Positions 9,839 to 19,422 of a stretch of DNA of 43,329 bases are shown one piece after another. The stretch spans positions 1 through 43,329 of the forward strand of contig JAKPZB010000091.1 of the NCBI GenBank assembly GCA_029560215.1, in the 5' to 3' direction. The notes under the pieces are model-generated. The model saw only the letters and a program-made list of their open reading frames with translations. It had not been told where the DNA came from and did not search any database. This stretch comes from Methanobacteriota archaeon. Its GTDB lineage: Archaea; Thermoplasmatota; Thermoplasmata; Methanomassiliicoccales; UBA472. A program made the position numbers and the translations under genes. Numbering within the stretch: position 1 is the stretch's first letter; each line of letters starts with the position of its first letter.

Positions 9839-9943
9839 GATGATCGTCCCTCCTATCCCCCGCGCCTTAAAATATATTGCCACCGAAACGGCGGTTCGGG
9901 CCTTGGCAATCCCTTATTTATGAACTAAAGCTTTATCCTGGCA

Positions 9944-11119
9944 ATGGACACCAAGCGCCTGGCGGTGCTCAGCGGCGGTTATATCGGGCCGCTCTCGAGC
10001 AACGCCGTCCTGGCCATGATACCGGTGCTCAAGACGGAGTTCGGGGCGAGCGCGGAGGAGATACTGGTATCCATCACCTTCTTCATGCTCCCCTTCGCCC
10101 TCTTCAACCTGTTCTCCGGGACGGTGTCCGACGTCTACGGCCGGCGCAAGATGTTGACAATCGGTTTCCTCGTTTACGCCCTCGGCTGCATATTCTGCGT
10201 CCTCAGCTCCGATCTCATGTCCTTCTACCTCTCCCGTTCAGTGCAGGGAGTGGGATACGCTTTCGTGAACCCGGTGCTCCTGGCCCTGCTGGGTGACCTG
10301 ACCCCTCCCCAAGAACGGGGCAAGGTCATGGGATACTTCGGCGCGTTCACCACCGCCGGGATCGCCACCGGACCGATGATCGCCGGTTTCCTCACTCCCT
10401 ACGACTGGAGATGGATGTTCGTGCTGGTGGCCGTTCTGGCCGTCCTCGTCAGCATATGGATAAGGACCGCCTGCCCGGTCTCCCGGCCAAACCCGGACGC
10501 CTTGAGGAGTCTGAAGAGCAACGTGTTGACCGCGGTCTCCAACAAGGCGGTCATAACCCTTTGCGCGCTCGGTTTCCTGGCATTCATTTGCTACATGGGC
10601 GCCCTGGGCTTCCTGTCCGATCACCTCTCGATACCGCCGCTGTCCATGGACGAGGAGGCGGTCGGACTCCTGGTGGGCATGAGCGGGGTGGCCGGCATGT
10701 TCGCCGCCCCCTTGGGCGGCCGCCTGGTGGACGCCAGAGGAAGGACCTTCACCGCCACCATCGGCTTCGCGGTGGTCGACATGGCCTTCCTGGCATTGTA
10801 CTTCTCCACGAACTGGGTCCATTTCGCCGGATCCTTGCTGGTGTTCGGAACCGGCACGGCCTTCATCTGGGCCTCGCTTCTCACCATTACCGTGGAGGTC
10901 ATTCCGAGGCTGAAGGGCACGGTCTCTTCGGTATTCAACAGCTCCCGCTTCTTCGGTTACTCCCTGGCCCCTTTGGTCTTCGCGCCCATCTATTCGCAGG
11001 GCGGCTTCGGCATGCTGTTGCTGGTGGGCATCGCCATAACCTTCATCGCGTTGCCGGTGATCCTCATCTTGAAAGCTCAGCTAGAAGCGTCCCAGTCCGA
11101 CAGGACCCTGGCCAGCTGA
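9944..11119 (+). CDS. MFS transporter (drug:H+ antiporter-like)
   Basis: About 12 hydrophobic segments, with motif A (GTVSDVYGRRK) and its repeat (GRLVDARGR). Confidence 0.9.
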   Translation: MDTKRLAVLSGGYIGPLSSNAVLAMIPVLKTEFGASAEEILVSITFFMLPFALFNLFSGTVSDVYGRRKMLTIGFLVYALGCIFCVLSSDLMSFYLSRSVQGVGYAFVNPVLLALLGDLTPPQERGKVMGYFGAFTTAGIATGPMIAGFLTPYDWRWMFVLVAVLAVLVSIWIRTACPVSRPNPDALRSLKSNVLTAVSNKAVITLCALGFLAFICYMGALGFLSDHLSIPPLSMDEEAVGLLVGMSGVAGMFAAPLGGRLVDARGRTFTATIGFAVVDMAFLALYFSTNWVHFAGSLLVFGTGTAFIWASLLTITVEVIPRLKGTVSSVFNSSRFFGYSLAPLVFAPIYSQGGFGMLLLVGIAITFIALPVILILKAQLEASQSDRTLAS

Positions 11120-11655
11120 GCGCGGGTATCCTCCACCGAGCCACAGTTGTTCAGCACCTTCCAGCCGTGGGTGGACAGGTCCAGGACCTTCCCGCGCACC
11201 TTCTCCAGGGACGCCAGGTTCTCGAACATCTCCCGCTCGTGCTCCCTTTCCTCGATCCGGCGCAGGGCGCATTCCGGGGTCACGTCCACCAGCAGCAATT
11301 TGTCAGGGATCGGAAGTATCTTGCAGAAGAACTCGTAACCTGTCTGGTACAACGACGAAGGCAGGTAGGCGGTGGCCATCACGTATCGAACGAAGATGAC
11401 CTTGTCGCGGTCCTTCCAGCCGCGCAAGAGCCGCAAGGAGTTCAGGACGTCAAGGATGAAGAACACCGTGGCCACCGTGCGCATCAGCTTGCCCTCGGAG
11501 GTCAGCGACCGCCGGCTTAGACGCCCGCAGAAGGAATCGGAAGGGTGAGCCCTCACCAACACCTTCTCCCCCCGGGACCGGTAGTGTTCGGCTATCCATT
11601 CGGCCACGGTGCTCTTTCCCGAGCCGTCAATGCCGTCCACCACTATCATTTCCAT
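11077..11655 (-). CDS. tmk: Thymidylate kinase family protein
   Basis: P-loop DGIDGSGKST, PD..LLVDV.PE.ALRRI and lid FEN. The DRY motif is altered to VRY. Confidence 0.82.
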   Translation of the reverse strand: MEMIVVDGIDGSGKSTVAEWIAEHYRSRGEKVLVRAHPSDSFCGRLSRRSLTSEGKLMRTVATVFFILDVLNSLRLLRGWKDRDKVIFVRYVMATAYLPSSLYQTGYEFFCKILPIPDKLLLVDVTPECALRRIEEREHEREMFENLASLEKVRGKVLDLSTHGWKVLNNCGSVEDTRAQLARVLSDWDASS

Positions 11656-11664
11656 CGAAATACC

Positions 11665-12393
11665 TCAGATCCCCGCCAGGAACATTATCAGCGCCGTGGA
11701 CAGGGGTATGACCAGATTATCATATTCGCCCGGGGTGTAAAGCTCCACCACCGCCACGTAGGCGCTCAGCCCGACCGCGGTGAGGGCGCTCACCGCCAAC
11801 GGTATCGATCGGGTGCCGTAAAGCCCCTCGGCGAAAAGGAAGTTGTAATAGTTGATAATAAGGAATATCGCCAGGGCCGCGAAGATGAACACCGCGACGG
11901 TCCCTTCCAGGGTCTTGTTGCCGTGTATCTTGCGCCGGCCGAAGGTCTTGCCCACCAGGCCGCCCATGCCGTCTCCGTAGGCCATGCACACGATGCCGAC
12001 GGAGGCGATGACCAGATCGTTGAAGGCGAAGAACGCCAGCAGGGTCCAGGAGATGGCGTAGTAGACCAATCCCAACTTGTGCCCGTCGTAGGAAGCGGTG
12101 GACAGTATCGATCCCTTGAGCTCGCCGACCAGCTTGCTGTCTCCCTCTTCACGTCTCCCTCCGTACCGGGAGAAGATGAGCAGCAAGGGTATGAACGGCG
12201 CGGCGGCCAGGAGGGACATGACATAATTGGTGTCGAACACCCACCAGAACAATGCGATGTTGCCGATCATCACGTGGATGAACTTCCGGTGAAAGGAGTG
12301 ATCTCGAAGGAAGCGGGACTTGGCGGTGATCACCACCATGACGCCCACGTATGCGTAGACCAATATCAGTCCGAGAGCGTCGCCGCCTGTCAA
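11665..12393 (-). CDS. CTP-dependent dolichol/phytol kinase-like membrane protein (SEC59/DGK1/VTE5 family)
   Basis: Motifs RKFIH, GDGMGGLVGK.FG, KTLEGT and E...DNL.IP, in a multi-TM protein. Confidence 0.85.
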   Translation of the reverse strand: MTGGDALGLILVYAYVGVMVVITAKSRFLRDHSFHRKFIHVMIGNIALFWWVFDTNYVMSLLAAAPFIPLLLIFSRYGGRREEGDSKLVGELKGSILSTASYDGHKLGLVYYAISWTLLAFFAFNDLVIASVGIVCMAYGDGMGGLVGKTFGRRKIHGNKTLEGTVAVFIFAALAIFLIINYYNFLFAEGLYGTRSIPLAVSALTAVGLSAYVAVVELYTPGEYDNLVIPLSTALIMFLAGI

Positions 12394-12528
12394 AGCAATC
12401 CTTACCCAATGACCTTGGGAATATTTAATATTAGGAGGGCTCCAGCACTTGTTTCGTTCTGATTATCGAAATCGATTGGAGGAACGAACTGTTATATACG
12501 CTACTTTTTCAATGGCATCCGGGCGCAG

Positions 12529-13176
12529 ATGAACTCCAGGGGCCTCATTCAGTGCGATAATCTTCGCAGCCAGCTAGGCGATGTCCCAGCACCGGGGCTC
12601 TATGTTCTGAACGTCAACTCCACGCATTTCGTGGTGGCGGAGCTGGTGCTGCTAAAAGCCCTCCTAGGCCATGGGAACCCCGGGCTGTTCGTATCCGTCG
12701 ATCGCCCGCACCAGTACATCGTTCATCTGCTGAAGATGCATGGGATCGCCCACGAAGGGCTGCGTTTCATCGACACCGTGTCCCGGTTCTCCCCCGGCGA
12801 GGCGAACCGCCGGGAGGGCATCGGTCTGATCAAAAATTCCAGCCACATCGACGAGCTGCCCGTGGCGCTCAGGGATTGTTCGTCCGTCCCAGGGGGCATC
12901 GACGTCTCCCAGCTGAGGTTCGCGATCATCGACAACGTTTCCATTTTGCTGATGTACAACAGCCATCGGGCCGTGGAGGGCTTCCTCCGGGATTTTACGC
13001 AGCTTCTCACCAGGAACGCGGCGGTGGTCTTGGTCATCAACCGGGAGAGGTATTCGGACCTGTACGCCACTGTCCTCTCGTTGGGGGCTGTGGAACTTGG
13101 TCTGGAATCCGAACAAGAGGGGGCGAACGGCGCCGTCCAATTCACAGAAGGCTTAAACTCAAGGAGGGGAAATTGA
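12529..13176 (+). CDS. Inactivated RecA/KaiC-fold protein
   Basis: RecA-fold strand pattern (GLFVSVDRP, RFIDTVS, AIIDNVSILLMYN) with no Walker A. It lies directly upstream of a KaiC-like ATPase. Confidence 0.7.
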   Translation: MNSRGLIQCDNLRSQLGDVPAPGLYVLNVNSTHFVVAELVLLKALLGHGNPGLFVSVDRPHQYIVHLLKMHGIAHEGLRFIDTVSRFSPGEANRREGIGLIKNSSHIDELPVALRDCSSVPGGIDVSQLRFAIIDNVSILLMYNSHRAVEGFLRDFTQLLTRNAAVVLVINRERYSDLYATVLSLGAVELGLESEQEGANGAVQFTEGLNSRRGN

Positions 13177-13178
13177 TC

Positions 13179-13880
13179 ATGGAGAAGGATAAGGTGCAAG
13201 GCGTGGAAATGGAAAGGATTCCTTCAGGCATACCTGGTCTGGATGAACTTATCGAAGGCGGATTTCCGTTTCCCTCGGTGATATTGGTATCAGGACCCAC
13301 AGGCACCGGGAAGACCACTTTCTGCCTGCGTTTCCTCTGCAAAGGCGCGGAACGGGGAGAGCGGGGGCTGTTCTTCACCACCCTGAGCGAATCAGTTCAT
13401 TGGATGCTTCGCTTCTCCTCTCAGCTCAGTTTCATGCACCCGGAGTACATCGACCAGGACATTGTGTATGTGGATTTGGGCGAACTGATAAGGTCCGGGG
13501 ACCACGACAAGATATTGGAGGCCATCGAGCGCAACATCGCGGAGGTCATGCCGCAGCGCATCGTCATCGACCCCATCACGGTGGTGGGGGACATGCTCAA
13601 GGAGGATTACCGCAGCTTCCTGTTCGACCTCGGCAACCGCCTCAAGCATTGGAACGCCACCACCCTGGTCACCGGGGAGGTCCATCCCGGCGAGCTGTAC
13701 CCTCCGGAGATAGCCTACACGGTGGATGGCATAGTCCTGCTGGTGGTGGATGATGAGCATGGAGACCGGCGCAAGTACCTGGAGGTGTTAAAGATGCGGG
13801 GGACCGCTCACAGCTCCGGAAGGCACTCCATAGACATCTCCCGCAAGGATGGATTGGTGGTCCTCAAGGCCAGGTTCTGA
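13179..13880 (+). CDS. KaiC/RAD55-family ATPase (single domain)
   Basis: SGIPGLDELIEGG, Walker A GPTGTGKT, Walker B RIVID and LKMRG finger. ATG follows AGGAGG. Confidence 0.92.
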   Translation: MEKDKVQGVEMERIPSGIPGLDELIEGGFPFPSVILVSGPTGTGKTTFCLRFLCKGAERGERGLFFTTLSESVHWMLRFSSQLSFMHPEYIDQDIVYVDLGELIRSGDHDKILEAIERNIAEVMPQRIVIDPITVVGDMLKEDYRSFLFDLGNRLKHWNATTLVTGEVHPGELYPPEIAYTVDGIVLLVVDDEHGDRRKYLEVLKMRGTAHSSGRHSIDISRKDGLVVLKARF

Positions 13881-14027
13881 TATTCTTTAGGTTTCCTAGG
13901 ATAGATCATAGGATCCGGCCTTCTAGCGACGCTTTTCCAATGCCAGACTGCGTTTTTCGTGGTCAATATTAGCTAAATAATTAATATAGGTAGCCGTATC
14001 TAGGCTGGAATTTAAAAGAGGTTTTCT

Positions 14028-16172
14028 ATGTTAGACGATCCTCTGTATCTGACGATACCGATTGCAGGGCTGATAGGGTTGGCCTTCGCCGGATATCTCA
14101 CCTGGTGGATTCTCAGGAAGGACACTGGTACCCCTGAGATGAAGTCCATCAGTGATGCCATCCGCGAGGGAGCCATGGCCTACTTGGCCCGACAGTACAA
14201 GACGATCGCCATCTTCAGCATCATCCTCGGGGTCCTGATCGCCATCGGGATCAACTGGTTGACCGGAGTGGCCTTCCTGTTGGGAGCGTTCTTCTCTGCT
14301 CTCTCGGGATATATCGGAATGTATGTGTCCGTGAGCTCGAACATTAGGACTGCCAGTGCTGCCAGGCGCACACTGAACGAGGCTCTTTTGACGTCTTTCC
14401 GCGGCGGCGCCGTTTCCGGCATCGCCGTGGTCGCCTTGAGCCTGTTGGGCGTGGCCAGCATCTTCTACGTTTACCAGGGATGGCTGGTCCCCGGCGCCGG
14501 TACCGACGAAGGCTTCCGCCAGGCCCTGTTCCTGGGCGTCGGCTACGCCTTCGGTGCCTCCTTCGCTGCGCTGTTCGCCCAGCTGGGTGGCGGTATCTAC
14601 ACCAAGGCCGCCGATGTGGGCGCTGACCTGGTGGGCAAGGTCGAGGCCGGTATTCCGGAAGACGACCCGCGCAACCCCGCCGTCATAGCCGACCTGGTCG
14701 GCGACAATGTGGGAGACTGCGCCGGACGTGGCGCTGACCTGTTCGAATCCACCGCCGCCGAGAACATCGGCGCGATGATCCTTGGTCTGGCCATATATGC
14801 ATATTCCGTATCCATCGGCCACCCGAACACCGGTTGGTTCATGTTCCCACTGGTCGTCCGCGGATTCGGTCTGCTGGCCGGTCTGGTCGGAATCATGACC
14901 GTCAGGCTGCGGAACGAGGAAGAGAACCCCATGAAGGCTTTGAACCGCGGATATTACATAACCTGTGTTCTGGCCGCCCTTTTGTTCTACTTCGCCGTGG
15001 ACCAGTTGCTGGAAGGGGAGATCATCTTCTTCTACTGCGGTCTGATCGGTATCGTTCTGAGCATAGTCATCGTCTACATCACCCAGTACTACACCGCCGG
15101 TGAGTACCGCCCGGTCAGGGAGATCGCCAAGGCCTCCGAGACCGGACCGGCCACCAACATCATCACCGGTATCTCCATAGGCATGGAGACCACCGCCGCC
15201 TCCGTCGTGGCCATCGCCGCCGCTCTGATCGGTTCGTACGTCCTGGGAACCACCGCAGCCCCCAACGGAGACTACGAGTTCATCTACGGTCTCTATGGCA
15301 CCGCCGCGGCCACCATGGGTATGCTGGCCACCTGCGCATTCGTATTGGCTGAGGACACCTTCGGACCCATCACCGACAACGCCGGTGGTATCGTGGAGAT
15401 GTCTGGACAGCCCGAGGAGGTTCGCGTCAGGACCGACCGTCTGGACGCCATCGGCAACACCACCAAGGCCCTGACCAAGGGATACGCGATGGGCGCAGCC
15501 GCACTGGCCGCCTACCTGCTGTTCGGCGCCTTCTTCGAGAAGGTGGCTGAGATAAGGGGAGTCGACCTGATAACCTTCTACGAAGGCTTCACCGTCGACC
15601 TGATGCAGCCTGCGGTGTTCGTCGCCGCCATGATCGGCGCCATGCTCGTCTACCTGTTCGCCTCCCTGGCCATACGCGCCGTGGGCAAGGCCGCTGGAGA
15701 CATGATCTCCGAGGTCCGCAGGCAGTTCCGGGAGAAACCGGGCATCCTCGCCGGTACCGAGAAGCCGGACTACGCCACCTGCGTGGACATCAGCACCAAG
15801 GGCGCCCTGAAGGCCATGATCCTGCCGGGCATACTGCCCGTCGTGGTGCCGGTGATCATCGGTGTCGGCTACAGGTTCGCCTTCCCGGAGAACAACGACA
15901 TCGCCGTCATGGGAGTCGGTGCGTTCCTAATGGTCGCCACCATCTCCGGTGTGCTCATGGCCCTCTTCCTGAACAACGGGGGAGGAGCCTGGGACAACGC
16001 CAAGAAGTACATCGAGTCCAGGGGCCTTAAGGGCACCCCGCAGCACGCCGCCGGCGTGGTGGGAGACACCGTCGGAGATCCGTTCAAGGACACCGCCGGT
16101 CCCTCGCTCCACGTGCTGGTGAAGCTGCTGTCGACCATCACCCTGGTCTTCGCCGTGCTCTTCGTGGTCTGA
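14028..16172 (+). CDS. hppA: Membrane-bound H+-translocating pyrophosphatase, K+-independent type
   Basis: Motifs GGGIYTKAADVGADLVGKVE, DDPRNP, EDTFGPITDNAGG and GDTVGDPFKD. GNTTKA carries the Lys that marks K+-independent enzymes. Confidence 0.95.
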   Translation: MLDDPLYLTIPIAGLIGLAFAGYLTWWILRKDTGTPEMKSISDAIREGAMAYLARQYKTIAIFSIILGVLIAIGINWLTGVAFLLGAFFSALSGYIGMYVSVSSNIRTASAARRTLNEALLTSFRGGAVSGIAVVALSLLGVASIFYVYQGWLVPGAGTDEGFRQALFLGVGYAFGASFAALFAQLGGGIYTKAADVGADLVGKVEAGIPEDDPRNPAVIADLVGDNVGDCAGRGADLFESTAAENIGAMILGLAIYAYSVSIGHPNTGWFMFPLVVRGFGLLAGLVGIMTVRLRNEEENPMKALNRGYYITCVLAALLFYFAVDQLLEGEIIFFYCGLIGIVLSIVIVYITQYYTAGEYRPVREIAKASETGPATNIITGISIGMETTAASVVAIAAALIGSYVLGTTAAPNGDYEFIYGLYGTAAATMGMLATCAFVLAEDTFGPITDNAGGIVEMSGQPEEVRVRTDRLDAIGNTTKALTKGYAMGAAALAAYLLFGAFFEKVAEIRGVDLITFYEGFTVDLMQPAVFVAAMIGAMLVYLFASLAIRAVGKAAGDMISEVRRQFREKPGILAGTEKPDYATCVDISTKGALKAMILPGILPVVVPVIIGVGYRFAFPENNDIAVMGVGAFLMVATISGVLMALFLNNGGGAWDNAKKYIESRGLKGTPQHAAGVVGDTVGDPFKDTAGPSLHVLVKLLSTITLVFAVLFVV

Positions 16173-16176
16173 GCGA

Positions 16177-16205
16177 AAACCCCTTTCCATCCCTTTTTCT
16201 TTTTA
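16177..16205 (+). terminator. Pyrimidine/oligo-T archaeal terminator after hppA
   Basis: AAAACCCCTTTCCATCCCTTTTTCTTTTT immediately after the stop codon. Confidence 0.65.
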
Positions 16206-16289
16206 TCCAGCATCCCGAACGCTTATATGCTCGATGCTCAATCTTTATATAACAGATTTATCATGCCAAGGTAGTTAAGAGGATTCCTC

Positions 16290-16856
16290 ATGTACATGTT
16301 GACCCAAAGGGAAAAGGTAGTCCGCATCCCACCCAGCAGACTGGGCGATGACGTGGACGAGGTGGTCAATGAGCTGGCCCGCGAGTCCTACGAAGGCAGG
16401 ATCGAAGGGGACGACTCGCTCACCGTCATGATCAAGAACATCGAGCCCGTCGGCGAAGGCCGCATCGTGCACGGCGACGGCGCCGTCTACCAGACCGTCC
16501 GGTTCGATTCCCTGGTCTTCAAACCCATGGTCAACGAGGTCGTGGAGGGCCACGTCTGCGAGGTGCTCAAGTTCGGCGCCTTCGTCCGCTTTGGACCGTT
16601 GGACGGACTTCTGCACATCAGCCAGGTCATGGACGACCGCATGGACGCGGATGAGCAGAACCAGAGGCTCATCGGCAAGGACACCAAGCGCGAGGTCAGG
16701 ATAGGCGACCTGGTCCGCACCAGGATAGTCACCCTCTCCTTCAACGAGCGCAACCCCCGCGAGAGCAAGATCGGTCTGACCATGAGGCAGCCCGGCCTGG
16801 GCAAGAAGGAGTGGTTGGCCGAGGACCGCGCCAAGAAAGGGGGACAGGAGAAATGA
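16290..16856 (+). CDS. rpo7: DNA-directed RNA polymerase subunit Rpo7 (E')
   Basis: VRIPP, GDGAVY, S1 domain FGAFV..GPLDGLLHISQ and KIGLTMRQPGLGK. Confidence 0.96.
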   Translation: MYMLTQREKVVRIPPSRLGDDVDEVVNELARESYEGRIEGDDSLTVMIKNIEPVGEGRIVHGDGAVYQTVRFDSLVFKPMVNEVVEGHVCEVLKFGAFVRFGPLDGLLHISQVMDDRMDADEQNQRLIGKDTKREVRIGDLVRTRIVTLSFNERNPRESKIGLTMRQPGLGKKEWLAEDRAKKGGQEK

Positions 16857-17038
16857 AGGTAGCCAAGGCCTGCAAGGTTTGCTTCGCCATCACCGAGGAG
16901 GACAAATGCCCGCTATGCGGCGGAGAGACCTCCAAGGACTGGCAGGGCTACGTGGTCATCATCGACCACACCAAGTCCGAGATAGCAAAGAGGATGAACA
17001 TTGACAAGAACGGTAAGTTCGCCCTCAAAGTGCGCTGA
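16853..17038 (+). CDS. spt4: Transcription elongation factor Spt4 (RpoE'')
   Basis: ACKVC...CPLCG, WQGYVVIID, SEIAK and GKFALKVR. ATGA overlap with rpo7. Confidence 0.95.
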   Translation: MKVAKACKVCFAITEEDKCPLCGGETSKDWQGYVVIIDHTKSEIAKRMNIDKNGKFALKVR

Positions 17039-17066
17039 TCTGGAGGTTCCCCCGAAAGGGTGGAGC

Positions 17067-17561
17067 ATGCCGGACAGCATGAGGAACGAACTGGGAATGC
17101 CATTCGGAAGCCTGTTCAAGGGCGAGGACGTCCTGAACGCGCTATCTGAATGCGACAGGGTAATAGCGGTGGGGGACGTGGTCTCCAGCACCCTTATAAA
17201 CAAGGGTGTCATCCCCCACCTGACCGTTTACGACCGGCGCAACGAGAGGAAGGAGATGGAGACGGGAGAACATCCCGCCGACCTTCTGCCGCTGCCGGAG
17301 ACGAAAGTGGAGAACCCTCCCGGATCGATAACCCCCGGACTGATCAGGGCCATGAAGGATGGCCTGGAGTCCCCGGGCAAGACCAAGGTCCGGGTGATAG
17401 GAGAGGAGGACCTGGCCGCGCTGGTGTGCGCCGCCATAGCCCCGGCGGGGTCCTGCCTCGTGTACGGTCTCCCGGGAAAGGGAGTGGTGTTGGTGCGCAC
17501 CGACGCCAAGGTCAACCAGGCGGCGCAGAGACTGATACGCTCAATGGAGGTATTGAAGTGA
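17067..17561 (+). CDS. GTP-dependent dephospho-CoA kinase (DUF359)
   Basis: Motifs VGDVVS, NPPGSIT, GEEDLAAL and YGLPGKG, in the canonical position between spt4 and rps24e. The start is uncertain (frame open from 17001). Confidence 0.88.
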   Translation: MPDSMRNELGMPFGSLFKGEDVLNALSECDRVIAVGDVVSSTLINKGVIPHLTVYDRRNERKEMETGEHPADLLPLPETKVENPPGSITPGLIRAMKDGLESPGKTKVRVIGEEDLAALVCAAIAPAGSCLVYGLPGKGVVLVRTDAKVNQAAQRLIRSMEVLK

Positions 17562-17863
17562 AGATCGAGATCGAGAGCAAGAAGCCCAACGCCCTGATGG
17601 ACCGCACCGAGGTCACCTTCAAGGCAGACCACCGCGGAGAGGGTTCCCCCAAGAGGGCCGAAGTGAAGGCGAAGCTGGCGGAGGCCCTGGCGGTCAGCAA
17701 GGACAAGGTTGTCATCGACCACATGGAGACCGAGTTCGGAATGGGCGTCAGCGCCGGGTACGCCAAGGTGTACGGCAGCGAGACGTCGGCCAAGAAGTAC
17801 GAGAAGAACTACTTGCAGGCCAGGAACGGCCTCGCTGAGAAGAAAGCGGTCAAGAAGAAGTGA
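17558..17863 (+). CDS. rps24e: 30S ribosomal protein S24e
   Basis: N.LM.R.EV.F, SPKR.EV...LA and TEFG...GYAKVY. GTG start after GGAGG. Confidence 0.95.
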   Translation: MKIEIESKKPNALMDRTEVTFKADHRGEGSPKRAEVKAKLAEALAVSKDKVVIDHMETEFGMGVSAGYAKVYGSETSAKKYEKNYLQARNGLAEKKAVKKK

Positions 17864-17873
17864 GGTGTGATCC

Positions 17874-18065
17874 ATGGCTGCCAAGAAGAAAGAGGTCAAG
17901 AAGGAAGCCCCCTCGGCGAAGAAGGACTACTACCAGGCGAAGGGGGAAAAGCTGGAACGGTTGAAGAAGAGCTGCCCCAAGTGCGGACCCGGCGTGTTCA
18001 TGGCCGAGCACAAGGACCGGACGTCCTGCGGCAAGTGCGGATACACCGAGTTCAAGAAGAAGTGA
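17874..18065 (+). CDS. rps27ae: 30S ribosomal protein S27ae
   Basis: [25 protein letters not shown]. Confidence 0.96.
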   Translation: MAAKKKEVKKEAPSAKKDYYQAKGEKLERLKKSCPKCGPGVFMAEHKDRTSCGKCGYTEFKKK

Positions 18066-18128
18066 GCGAGTCTCGATCTTCCCTTCCCGAAAGGGCGGGC
18101 AAATAGGTCATGGTATCCCGATGACCGC

Positions 18129-18202
18129 GGGCCTGTAGTGTAGCTTGGATATCACTGAAGCCTCCGGAGCTTCGAACTGGGGTTCGAATCCCCACAGGCC
18201 CG
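18129..18202 (+). tRNA. tRNA-Arg (anticodon CCG), intronless, CCA not encoded
   Basis: Acceptor stem GGGCCTG/CAGGCCC with discriminator G, anticodon arm GAAGC-CTCCGGA-GCTTC and T arm TGGGG-TTCGAAT-CCCCA. Confidence 0.95.
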
Positions 18203-18255
18203 CCTTAACTCTTCAATCCAACACCTTCTTATCTATCGATTCTGTTCTCCTGGAC

Positions 18256-19422
18256 ATGCAGCTCACCCCGGAAGAGCAGGCCATGCTGGCCGGCAAGGAA
18301 GGCAAGGCCAAGCGCAAGGCCATGGAGCTATTGGTGGCCTTGGGGGCCATATACGGCGCCGACCGCCTCGTACCCATCACCTCCGCCCACCTCTCCGGAG
18401 TGTCCTACAAGACCATAGGCGAGGGCGGGATCGATTTCCTGGAGGAGATGGCCGCCGACGGAAAGGTGGTCGTGCCCACCACCCTAAACCCCATGGGGAT
18501 GGACGGGGAGCGGTGGAAGGAGATGGGCGTGGACCAGCATTTCGCCGACCGGCAACTGCTCATCATATCGCTCTACGAAAAGATGGGCGTGGAGGTCAAC
18601 TGCACCTGCACCCCCTATCTGCTCACCAACCGGCCGAAGGTGGGGGACCACATCGCCTGGGCGGAATCTTCGGCGCTTTCCTTCGCCAATTCCGTGCTGG
18701 GCGCCCGCACCAACCGGGAAGGTGGCCCGGGAGCCCTGGCCGCGGCCATCACCGGGCGCACCCCCAACTACGGGCTGCATCTGGACCAGAACCGCAGGGC
18801 CACCCACGTGGTGGAGGTGGAAAAGGGGATAACCAAGGACGAGTGGTCCCTGGTCGGGCACGCCGTGGGAAGGAAACTGGGGGCCTGCATACCCTTCTTC
18901 CGCGGGCTCGGCAACGACGTGAACTGCCTCAAATCCCTGGCCGCGGCCATGGCCGCCGCTGGTTCGGTGGCCATGTTCATGGTGGAGAACGCCACCCCGG
19001 AGCAGCCTGATTCGCTCGAGGGGCTGCCGGTGGTCAAGATCACCCGCCAGGACATCGAGGACACCGTCAAGCGGCTGAGAACCGGGACCAAGCCGGACCT
19101 CATCGCCATAGGCTGCCCCCATCTCTCGGAGAGGGAGATGAAGGAGCTGGCCGGTTTCCTCGACGGCAAGAGGAAGAAAGGCGATGTGGAGGTCTGGTTC
19201 TGCACCTCCAAGGGCGTGTGGCTGCGCTGCCCCAAGGAGCGGGCGGTGCTGGAGCGCTTCGGCAAGGTGCTCTGCGACACCTGCATGGTGGTGGCGCCTA
19301 TCGAGGGGAAGCACAAGGTCACCGCCAGCGATTCCGCCAAGGCCTGCGCCTACCTTCCCGGGCTGTGCTCGCAGAAGGTGTATTGCGGTTCCCGGCGCGA
19401 ACTCATGGAGCTGATGCTGTGA
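18256..19422 (+). CDS. Aconitase X catalytic subunit (probable phosphomevalonate dehydratase large subunit)
   Basis: SAHLSGVSYKTIG, CTCTPY, AWAESSA..FANSVLGARTN, IGCPH and DTCMVVAP. Confidence 0.9.
   Translation: MQLTPEEQAMLAGKEGKAKRKAMELLVALGAIYGADRLVPITSAHLSGVSYKTIGEGGIDFLEEMAADGKVVVPTTLNPMGMDGERWKEMGVDQHFADRQLLIISLYEKMGVEVNCTCTPYLLTNRPKVGDHIAWAESSALSFANSVLGARTNREGGPGALAAAITGRTPNYGLHLDQNRRATHVVEVEKGITKDEWSLVGHAVGRKLGACIPFFRGLGNDVNCLKSLAAAMAAAGSVAMFMVENATPEQPDSLEGLPVVKITRQDIEDTVKRLRTGTKPDLIAIGCPHLSEREMKELAGFLDGKRKKGDVEVWFCTSKGVWLRCPKERAVLERFGKVLCDTCMVVAPIEGKHKVTASDSAKACAYLPGLCSQKVYCGSRRELMELML

Noticed and set aside
18129-18255. tRNA-Arg as an integration site
   Set aside because: I saw no duplicated tRNA 3' end, integrase or compositional shift. 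Housekeeping genes follow directly.
18145-18255. N-terminal extension of the AcnX ORF given by the ORF track
   Set aside because: It overlaps the tRNA. The real start is ATG 18256.
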